Below are positions 49,301 to 61,300 of a stretch of 64,000 nucleotides of DNA, piece after piece. Every line of letters starts with the position of its first letter. The stretch's first letter is position 1. Below the pieces are notes generated by a model. It saw only the letters and a program-made list of their open reading frames with translations, did not search any database and was not told where the DNA came from. The position numbers were made by a program, and so were the translations under genes. The stretch covers positions 106,422 through 170,421 of the forward strand of contig JAQGDQ010002376.1 of assembly GCA_030141605.1 (NCBI GenBank), read 5' to 3'. Source of the stretch: Tubiluchus corallicola (Eukaryota; Animalia; Priapulida).

Positions 49301-52300
49301 TCTTTCTGTCCAATGACGAGCTGTTAGAGATACTGAGTGAAACAAAAGATCCCTTACGAGTGCAACCTCATTTGAAGAAATGTTTTGAGGGTATCAGCAA
49401 GCTTGAATTCAATGAAAATCTAGAGATTGTAGCCATGATATCAGCTGAAGATGAAAGAGTTAGACTCACAAAGAAGATCAATCCAGCTGCTGCTAAGGTA
49501 TTTTGGGTTTATTTGCTATTATTTCCCCTTCACTCAATTCACACAATTCAGTTCCAGAAATGCTATAAAAATTTGCTGGCAAATTCTTAAATAAATTGCT
49601 TGGTATGTAGTAATTTTATCAATATAATGGCAGCAAACAACAGATAATTTTTAAAATTTTGTTTACTATGTTTTGTTTACTAGCAGCACGCTTCTTTTGC
49701 TTTTATCTGCACACTTGGTTAGCTCTTAAATGTGTTTTTGGTGGACATTATTTACAAAATTACAGCAATTTTTTTCATACGGCAAAGTAAATAGCCAAGT
49801 CTGTGTTTTGCATGAATGGTTCAGGTTGTGGCTCTCAGAAGGATGGTATATGCACCCGAACATGGCTAAGACACCTCTGCTAGGACAGTGGATAATCTTA
49901 TAGGGTTATCCTTGATAATAAGCCAGGTTCCAGTCTTGCCACAAACATCTGTGTTGAGTAGTATGTCATTGAGTGCAGGATTTTGGCTTGCAGTGCATTT
50001 AAGTGTATGAAAACTTGCTTCAGTTGACTGCTGGAATTTGCTTATCCTAATATGGTAATTAAATGCTTTTTTCAGGGTATGGTGGAGAAATGGCTTCTCA
50101 AAGTTGAAACCAGAATGATTGCTTGTCTGCAAAAGGTAAACTATACATGTTAAACACTGGGCTCGCAGCACGTGCTGCAGATTTCTCTAAAGGGAACTGA
50201 GAATCGCTGGGAAAGCTAAACATTTCAAAATTCAGCATAAATTAAGTTATTTTAAAAGAGATATAAAGAACAGAACAGTTTGACTCCTGAAATTATAAGG
50301 AGATAATTGAGTTTCGTAGCGGCTGAGAATGCTGTAAATAATTACTCATTCATATTCGTGCATGTCATATCTGTGTCAGTACTATTTTCAATCAAAAAAG
50401 TTTAGCTTCTTATAAAGAAATTCCAATAATATAATTGTGTGGCTTGTGTCGTGTAATCTGAAAACAAATAAGAGAATTTCATGTAATTTTGTTCAATTTT
50501 TACTGAGATGTTTATGCCAAATGGTTCTACTTTACTTTGTGTAAATTACAAAATCTAATTATTGACTAATCACTCTAATTATTCTAATAAACAAAGGTTT
50601 AAGATTTAAGAAACTAATTAATCAACTTACATGGTGATCTTCTATAAGTGTATTTATGAAATTATAACTCACTGAATACCGCTAAACAATGTACAACTGC
50701 ATTGTGGGTGACCTAAATCCACGGGTAGCCATTTACAGGTAAGAGGTTGATCAACCTTAAAGGAAACCAGTTTAAAACAGAGAACAGGGGGGCCAATGTG
50801 AATTCAAGCTTAAATCAACCCAGTTACATTTTTGAAACAGCACTGTGAAGCATTTAATTGGCAAATATATAAACATACAGGTGCTTTGCTGGGCCAAGGA
50901 TTCATATAGGACGACTCCACGCATTAAGTGGGTGTTGGACTGGCCTGGTCAAATAGTTCTCTGTGCTAGCAATATGTTTTGGACTGCTGATGTTACGAAA
51001 GCTTTTGAGACTCGAACAGGTTTAGAGGTAAAGATACCGTTGATAATTAACATTTTTGGTGACCTCATTAATTTATACCTTGGCAGTATAATAGTATTGG
51101 CTGTTGGTGTGCAAAAGTGTCATGCCGATCGAATGCAATGCAATTAAATTTAACTGTATTTAGTGTGATGGATATATTTCTAAAGTCCGATGGGAGGTGG
51201 CGTCGTTAAGTGAGGGCTTACTGTACTGTGTTAGGATTAGGCTGTTACACAAACAATTTTTAGCAGATAATAGATAATAATAAACCTCAAAAAGCTCTTA
51301 TTAAACTAAAAGCAATAGTACAGTGAGATCTTCTCCTTAGAAAATCATGATAACTTCTTTTATCAGGTAATGCTTTGCGTCCTGATTGGAATCTTTCATT
51401 AAATCAAGTTTTGTTCGGTGTTACATTTCAATATTCTTTTGGTGTGAATTTTGCTCTTACTGTCTGGCTGATGCAATAATTCCGAATATCTCTAGGACTA
51501 CCTGAAAATCTGCTGCTCTCAGATAAATGACATTGTCACTCTGGTTCGCGGAAATCTTTCATCTGGTGCAAGAATTACTCTGGGAGCTTTAATCATCATT
51601 GACGTTCACGGTGAGTTTTCAGTTTCTTGACTGTATTACCCCTCCAGTTATTGTAGCATTTTGTAATATTTTTGTGCTATGTCCTTGGTCAGTACTTTTT
51701 CGATGACAAATGTGTAACTGTAGGGATGTTGCGAGCGGTGTTATGTCACCTCCACAGTTGATTATAATTATTGATGTGGTACTTATCTGAAAAATTACTA
51801 CCCACCCCTTTAAATAATGCCCTTTTAACATTAACTTGTCAATTTCTTAATAATTAGTAATTTGAAATATTTTAAACCTAATTAATGTGCTTATAGCAGG
51901 GATTATTTTCTACTTGGGCAGATGAATATAAAATGTGGAGAACAAGAAGCAAGTTGCAATTACTGCTAAGATTAAGCTTTTTGTTTTAATTGTGAAATTT
52001 ATACCTTTACTTTGTTTGTCTATGACAAACTAATGAGAAAGAGAATATAACACGCAACTTCAGGGAGAATATTTATATCGAAATTAAACTAATACAGCTA
52101 GATTTTAACAACATTATTACTTATTTATAGAAATTGTGTTTTTGTTCGTATAGCCCGAGATGTAGTTGCACAGCTTGCAAAGGACAATGTTGCTAGCGCT
52201 ACAGATTTCAAGTGGATTTGCCAGCTGCGGTATTATATGGAAGAAGAAAAGTGCATAGTGCGCATGATCACTACTAGTGTTGCTTATGGTTATGAATATT

Positions 52301-55300
52301 TGGGCAATTCAAGTCGTCTAGTTATTACACCACTTACTGACCGTTGCTATCGGTTAGTCTTTATGATTTTTTACATTTGTTATTTATTATGTTCTAGTTT
52401 GGATCATATGCTATTTTATGTGTTTGGAGATGCAACGTTAGCGTCCAAAAAAACTTTGAAGTGTTTTAGAAGAAGTTTGTGATTTGTCAGTGGGTCTTAA
52501 TTGCTGCAAATTTTTCTCATTAATCTAGATTTTTGGTCTAGATTATCTAGAAAAACAGAATAAAACTCGTAACGGTGTACATTGAAAAGTAGCAGTGCAC
52601 GTTGAAAAGTAGCAGTGTACGTTATAAAGTAGTAGTGCACGTTGAAAAGTAACAGTGTACATTCAAAAGTAGCAGTGTACGCTGAAAAGTAACAGTGTAC
52701 ATTGAAAAGCAGCAGTGCACGTTGAAAAGTAGCAGTGTACGTTGAAAAGTAACAGTGTACATTGAAAAGTAGCAGTGCACGTTGAAAAGTAACAGTGTAC
52801 ATTGAAAAATAAGAGTTAAAGTTGAAAAGTAGCAGTATACTTTTGCAGGACACTAATGGGTGCATTGAGATTGAATCTAGGCGGAGCGCCAGAAGGTCCC
52901 GCCGGAACTGGAAAGACTGAAACTTGCAAAGACTTGGCAAAAGCTGTTGCTAAACAGGTCTGTAGTGAAACAAATTTTTTTGATGGGGCACATCGTTTTT
53001 TTCTCACTTTTTTTGTAGAACTTTTAACAATAATCATGCATTTAATTATCACCAGCACTTTTTTGTTTGCCCAGCTTGACATTTGTGGTGCACTAATGCC
53101 TTTTCTATCACTAGTGTGTGGTTTTTAACTGTTCTGAGGGCTTGGATTACAAAGCCATGGGAAAGTTCTTTAAGGGTTTAGCACAGGCTGGAGCATGGTC
53201 GTGCTTTGATGAGTTCAATCGCATTGAACTGGAAGTGTTATCGGTTATTGCTCAACAGATTTACAGTATTCAGCAAGCTAAGACGTATGAGTGTCGCACG
53301 TTTGTTTTTGAAGGTATTGCACTTGATTCTTTTAGATTTTCTGTTTGTCATCCTTTTTTACTACATTTTGCATAATTATAGCCTGCAATCACCTGCCTCA
53401 TCCCTGGTCAAATATCGCTAGAAACATTTGTATAAACGTATACATAAACAAATCAGAACACTAAAAAATGTGTAAAAACACTTGTGTATGCAATAGAAAA
53501 TAAAATGAACTGCATAACATACTTTGTGTTATAAACAGGCACCGAGATTTCCTTGGATCCTAGCTGCAATGTGTTTATAACAATGAACCCTGGATATGCA
53601 GGAAGACAAGAACTTCCAGATAATCTAAAGGTAGGACATGAAATTTTAGAATGAGCATTCCAGAAAATTATCTTGGATTTGTAATTTGAGAAGCTCTAAC
53701 CTTTCCCGAATGTGCAAGTTGTATCAATATTTTTGTGTGCAGTTTCATTTACACACCTTTAGGCTTTTTGGAATAGGATAAGTTAGTAAAGTAGTCTAAG
53801 ATTTTTGTTTATGATCAGGAATACTTGTTATATGATATATGCAACAAAGTTACCAAAAGTGTGTATCTTTACTTTCTTGTTAGTTCCATGTTTGTGTCAG
53901 ACAAATGTTTATTTTCCCATGTCAGACAAATGTTTATTTTCCCATGTCAGACAAATGTTTATTTTCCCAAACCAAAACTGTTTTTATCTAGGTTTTGTTT
54001 CGCACGGTGGCTATGATGGTACCGGACTATGCACTGATTGGCGAGATTTCACTCTATTCTCTTGGATTTGTTGATTCTTTTAGGTATTACTAGTATTAGA
54101 ATTATATTTGTATACGTTGGATGGATCATATACATTTCTAGTATTTTGGTGCTTTTCGTGTTTTTTAATGTTAAAAAACTTCCGAAAGTTGACGATTTTC
54201 ATTTTTATTTTGAATTTATGTACATGTGCCACTTCTTGCATCTTTCTGCAGGTTTCCTTAACCTTTCCTCTCTACAAATTTTCTTAGTGCTGTTTTTTCC
54301 TGTACAAGACCTGATAACCCCATATTTACTTTCTTCAGTTTGTCAGGTAAAATAGTCGCTACATACAGACTATGCTCAGAGCAGCTGTCCTCTCAGCATC
54401 ACTATGACTACGGGATGCGTGCTGTGAAAGCGGTGCTGACTGCCGCCGGTAATTTGAAGCTAGCTTACCCTGATCAAGATGAAGCCATTCTTGTACTCAG
54501 AGCAATTAATGATGTCAACCTTCCTAAGTTTTTGGCACAGGTTTGAATTTCGAAGCAATTTAACTAACTCTAATTTGCTCTGACATGGCGTGTTTTTTAC
54601 ACAACAGTATCCGACTGTTCCTGAGAGTAAATCCATGAGACTTTACCAAGTATTACGTATAAAGTATTACATATATTTGCAATATATGTGTGTGTATGTG
54701 TGTGTGTGCGTGGGTGGGTGTTTGCCTGCCTGCTGCATGGGTGCGTGCGTGCATGCATGTGTGTAATTTAAAATTTGTGTACAATTGTGCTTAATTAACT
54801 AGTGACATTTTGTTTTTGAGGATGTGCCACTATTCAAAGGAATCATATCAGATTTATTTCCTGGTATCGAACTTCCTGCACCGGATTACGACTTGTTGCT
54901 TAAAGCGATTCATCACAATCTTGCAAAGCTCAACTTGCAAGCTACGCCATGGTTTGTCACCAAAATTATTCAGGTAACTGCTGCTAATCCAAATATATTG
55001 AATGCAGATTATGTATTCAAGAAGAATGAATGGGCAATTTCGAGAATAGATAGATCTTTGATGTTTAATGTCAAGCTCCTGACTACATGTTCTCACAACT
55101 TTTTATGCTTACAACTCTTTTTGTTGTTTCATAGTCTTTTACGAAATTTTTCTTTGGCACAGGTTGTAAATTACAAATTTCTGTTTTATTCAAGTTATCA
55201 TTCAGAATACAGAATAAGTCATTTAGTACAATAGAAAAAAATCACTATTATGTTTGCACCAGAAGGTGCAAATATAGCTGGTGATTTGATAATGAGGATT

Positions 55301-58300
55301 TAGATTGGGGTAAATTTCACATTACTTGTGCAATAAGCATGCATGATATAATTTTCTTTCTTTGACAGATTTATGAGACAATTTCAGTGCGACATGGATT
55401 AATGATAGTCGGGGAAACCATGGGAGGTAAAACCAGCGCGTATAAAATCTTAGCCCTGGCTCTTTCTGACATCGACAGCAAAAGATTGTCGTATGAAACA
55501 CCCCGTAGTTCACTGCGATTTGATGAATGTGATGTTCAGTATAGCATAATCAACCCAAAGGCTATTACTATTGGACAGCTGTATGGATGTTTTGATCCAG
55601 TGTCACATGAATGGACTGATGGTAAGTTGTGAAACACACATGCTTTTCTACTTCAGGCCGACAATAAAATACTTCTATTTTCTACTAATCACATACACGG
55701 TCTGGAATTTTATATTTCTTTTGTACGTTCATACACTTACAAAATGCAATAATTATTATAACATCATTGTTTGGAGAGGCTGCAGCCATGTTTTTCTATG
55801 GCTAACTATGCCAGGGTTGCTGTATTGTATGATGCTGATTATTGTATTGGAGGCTAAAGAGTATAGTATTTTCCACCAAATGAGCATATTAATGGCCGAG
55901 TATATCATATATATATATATATACAGTAGTCACCGCTTAATAGACTCAATCATTTAATTGAATCAAATAACCCCTCATAATTGATTCGATATTTTGCCTT
56001 CACATGCTCAAAAATAAGACACTTTCGTGTGAACTTTAATGACTTTTTATGTCATTAAAGCTTAGAGTCATAAGCTTTTATGACTTTTATATCATCTTAG
56101 TTGGCTTTTTTCCTATAATATACATAGAAACAATCATGTTAAGTACCGTTTTGTTTGTAAGCAGGAACATTTAGCTACTTTAGCATACCCTAATTGTATA
56201 AGCCTAATGGTTTGCTTTGACCTGCTAGTCCGCTGCAATTAACCTCATTACCCAAGAATTCCTAGAAGCTAAACATTTAATCACTTGTTTAGCTGTTTGC
56301 TTTTGAAGCTCTGGCAGTCTTTGCCAGAAAGTTTAATAAGTTAGATGTTGTTATGCTGTTATGCCAGGGATGCAAATACAGTACAGCAAGTACGTCACAA
56401 TAGCAAGCTGGAGCTTAAGCCAAGCTACAGACGAAGGTGCGGAGAAACACAGGCACCGTCAACAGTTTAAGCATGCCAAGCACCAAGTATTTTATGAGCA
56501 TTTGTGCATCATGCAACAACAGACTTTCAACATTTTTATCATTTTGAGAACTTTGTGAGCCAACTTCTTCATGATAAAATAAAGTAGCCGACTTTGAAGG
56601 AATTTTTGTAGTTTTTGAAAATAAGTAGACTTGTATGATTTAAGGTTAAAAAGTACACTTTTTAATTTATTGCTAATTCACTTATATAAATTAATATTTT
56701 AAAACATTTTTTCTAACTTTTAACTGCATGAAGGAATTTAGCCATTACTTCGTTTCTAAAATTCATTAAAAACCTTTGCAGTGCATAGTAAGCTGATGAC
56801 TCACACTTTGTACCTGTAATATACTTTACATCCATCGGTTAATAGGTTCATTCAGTTAATTGGGTCAAAACACGTCGGACCCAAAATGAGTCTATTAAGC
56901 AGCGACTACTGTATATATATATATATATATATATACTACTGTATATATAGTATATATAGTATATATATATATATATATATATACTATAATTATCAGAACA
57001 TACTGTACTTCATATTATACCAAAAAATGATAATTGATAATTATATGGTAATTTAATTGGTAATGCAAAAGAAAAACAAGTGTGAAAGAATCTAGATTGA
57101 AAAATTTTAAACATTTTGCTAATCAGTGAAAAATTAGCAAACGGCTGCCTTGGTGCTTAAAAGAGTAGATGGTAATTGAATGTTAGTTTTTTATCATACT
57201 AAAAACACGCCAAATAATTAAATTAACAATTAATATAATTACTAGGAAAAGTTGGATGTTTTCGGAAGCAAATTCTTGTTCACAAAGTAACTAAAGTGAC
57301 AATACACTGTTACACTTTTTACTTCAATTATGTATTCAGTAATTGTAGTTTAGTGTGACAACACCGTAAATTTATATAGTTTCCAAAGATATTATAGGAT
57401 AAAAAACTGGTAGGGCTGATAATTCAGTGTTGAAATATAGATACTGATAGTTCTTAATAATTAACCTAGGATTGAGAGTCGTGGGCCTATTTTACTATTT
57501 ATAATTATTGTCAGCCAAAATAGGAATTTTCATTAGTTTGATCAGTTGTTTACTTTGACTGTTACTTTGATGAGCTAGTTGTTGTGAGTAATGAATAATC
57601 ACAAACATTAAAACGTTATGAGGGAAATTATAGAATATGTGTGTCTTTAATGCATTCTGACTTTAACAATAGAATTAATATCATACATGCTCCAACAATT
57701 TTTTTTATTTAACTGTTGCACATTATGAAATCGTTATTAATGTAATAGACTGATATAGACGCTATGTTGTTTTTGCAGGAGTATTGGCAAACATTTTCCG
57801 TCAGTATAGCAGCAGCTCATCTGAAAATAGAAAGTGGATTTTATTCGATGGTCCAGTTGACGCTGTGTGGATTGAGAACATGAATACAGTATTGGACGAT
57901 AATAGAAAGGTATTGCATCTATGTTAGTTTATGTGGTATTTAGTCATAGTGTGCAGTCAAGTCAAGAAACTAATGAAGCATTTGTGTACCAGTATCATCA
58001 CTTAGATTACAGCAAAGAGTTGTAGAATGAATCGAGTTTTTTGATTGCTTTTAGCCTTTTTGTATAATTTGAAGCTTGTGTCTTCAATAAGTCTTTTGAC
58101 AGTTTTGGTGATTGATGATGATCATAAAAAGATCAAAGCTTAAGTGAACCTTACAACATTATCTGAACCAAACAACGCATTTGTTTACACTTGACAATGC
58201 CTTGAAGCCCATGCTATTGTAATAGTAACAGTTCTTGGCATTAATTTTCGTTTCATTTATTTCATTTTACATGGATTGCTGCTGCTTGTTAGTTTAGAGT

Positions 58301-61300
58301 TATACAAGCAAGTATAGGAAAAAAATAGCCACATATTTTACCCGTAGTTACGTACGTATGTGACGGTTGTATGTAAGATGCGCTGGGTTCACTTAACCTT
58401 TGACTGTGCGTGCACATAGTGAAATGGTGTGTTGGTTTATTATTTTAAATATGCATGTATATTTATATGCCTGTACTCAGTGTTTTGTTTGTTTTGAACC
58501 TTTTTGTATAATTTGAAGCAAGATCTGCACTGCACATGTGTTGTCAAAGTAATGTTTATTATACTTGTTAAACAAATAAACATCTTAATATACACATATT
58601 ATTATTAAGTATAACACTCTAGAGAATGTGCCAATTCACTATTGCCACATCGTAAACGTAGGTAAACAAAGCTATCAAGTATAAGGAACAAGTTTTGATT
58701 GATTGATTTTTGTAAAACTTGTTATAACAACAACAATTCTGGTTCTCTGAACAGTCTACCTTGTTTGCCCATTGATTTACAGCAAGTATCATGTGAGAGT
58801 CCACAAATCAATTTTAAGCTAAACTGTTGTAAATTGTAAAATCTGCCAAATGCTAATACCTTCTCTTTGTCATACATTCCTTGTAAAAGCAACTCTGCTT
58901 CATATTATTCCCAACCCACACTAGTTTTAAATGCTGAATTTTTACGAGCATCAATTTTTCAAGTTGGCTTTGCATTGACGATTTTCTTGCTTCTAAACTG
59001 TAACAATGTTTTTTTATTTTGGTTTTTACTTTTTTGCTGTAGTTATGTTTAATGAGTGGAGAGATCATTCAAATGAATAACAAGATGAATTTAATATTTG
59101 AACCGGCAGATTTGGAGCAAGCATCACCAGCTACAGTTAGTAGGTGTGGCATGATATACATGGAACCAGCTGAGGTACATGTCAGCCTTTGGATGTTTGT
59201 CTTACTCTATATCCAGTATTACACTTTATAATTCAGAATTGCTGCATTTTTAGCCATTTTATTGATCATTTTGTAAGTATACTAAGAAAGTATATTTGTC
59301 AGACTTATGCTTAAATAAATCAAAGGAAAACCAGACACAATCTTAAAATGTTGGTCAAACAATCTACTCTTTAAAATATTGAAACGTGAAATACTTATTA
59401 CCACTCAAATGCAATTTCACGTTCACACTGCTAGTTCTTTACTGCTAGCTAGGCGAGCACTGGCGCCTGCATTTTGGAAATGTGTTTCACAAAAAAGGTG
59501 CTGAACCTCTCGGTTCAGAGGTGTTTGTTTGTGACATAGTACACACGTTCAACAGCTCATGCGTGAGCACGTCCATAAATTTTAAATTTTGAATTTTTAT
59601 CTTTAAACTTATCGAGTTTTAGTACAACACACTGAATCTTTTACGGTAGCACTATACTTCAATCTTCACTTTCGCAAACAAGTGCAATGCACTCATGGAA
59701 TACTTTGCTGTTGAAAATATGTTCGTTTGTAATGTCATCAATAGTTGGCCTTGCCGACTTTAGTTAAGGTTTTAAAATAATTGTTTAACTATCACAATCA
59801 TGCTTTTCCAGTATTATTGTTGTTAAAATGTATATTTTTTATCGTACTTGAAAATGGGATAGTATGTGAAAAATCATCCTGTCGTTCTTTAAATGAAACT
59901 GTATAGCTTGAATTTTTGCTGCAGTTGGGCTGGCAACCACTTAAGGATTCATTTATATACAAGCTTAAGGAAGCATACAGCATCGAGCAAGCAAAACTTG
60001 TTAATGAGCTATTTGATTGGTTAGTTCCGTCATGTTTTGATTTCGTTCGTCACGAATGCAACCTGTTTCTCCAGACGTCACAACTCCATTTGGCGCAGTC
60101 TTTAATGAGACTGTTTTCTTGTCTGATTGAGAATATCACATATTCTGTAGACATGGGCTCAATGACTAGTGTGACCACTGTCAACCCTGCTCAGGTATGT
60201 GTGTCTGTAAACGCTATTAAGAAAGCTCACGGCACTCTTTCATTACTAACACATGGAAACACTCTTACATGTTTAAATATAAACTGTTGCATACGCATTA
60301 CGGATCACGCATCACGCATTACATACACATGGAGTCATACCTTTGCGGATGTTAAAATGATAATAAGATGCAAGAATGACACTGATCCACCTTTACACAG
60401 GTTATTAGTAGACAAAATGTGTCTGTTTCATTTTATTTTGTGGCTTATTCTGTGCATTCTGCAAGACTTTGGTAAAAATTGTTTTTGTTCATCCTGTGTT
60501 ATGTTATTAAGCTTTGTTATCTTATGGTACTGTCAAATACTTAGATAAGTGGCTGAAATTTTGAGTGGCATGAAGAGTAGGTTGTCCTGTTTTCCTTTCC
60601 TTCCTTTCTTCTCCAGCAAGAAATTTATTATCCAATTTTTTTCATTTGAGGGTTGTCTGTATAATGTTACAAAGATTAACAAACTTCCAAAAATTCTGAA
60701 ATTCTTGCTGCTGTAATCCAGGTGGCACAAAATATGTTATTACAATGTTGTGACAATATTTTTGCAAATATTGGGACAATTTGTAAATGTGGACTTGCCA
60801 AAACATTGTACCAATTTTTGTACAATAATTTTTGACAATATTTTTCCATGTTGTGACAATGTTGTGATCATATTGGTAACAACATTGTCACAATATGGAA
60901 AAAAGTATTGTCAAAAAATATTGGTACAATATTGTTTCAATATTGGTACCAATATCATCACAACACTGTCACAATATTGAAAAAAATATTGTCAAAAAAT
61001 ATAGTTCCAATGTTGTGGAAGTCCACATTTCTGTATTATCTCAATATTTGCATAAAATATTGTGAGAACATTGTGACAGCATTGTCTTACTACTTGAGAA
61101 GTTGTATCGGTCAAGTTCTTCTGCCTGAAGTAGTTTTCATTTGTTATTTAAACACAAATTAAATTGTAAAGAAAGTGCTTTTGTTTTCCAGGTGACACTG
61201 TTTTTGCAGATATTTTTCATATTCTCTGTAGTGTGGACAGTAGCTGGAACATTGGACAATAATAGCAGACATAAATTTGATGAGTTCTTTCGTTCTTTGC

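Noticed and set aside
52497-52940. 147-aa minus-strand ORF with repeated [18 protein letters not shown]; array also considered as CRISPR-like
   Set aside because: The ORF is a by-product of the 20-bp minisatellite and the antisense of exon 30. There are no unique spacers and the context is eukaryotic.
60195-60548. Extension of the 210-aa ORF beyond exon 39
   Set aside because: Dynein similarity stops at the CAG|GTATGT donor (60194); the rest is open intron sequence.
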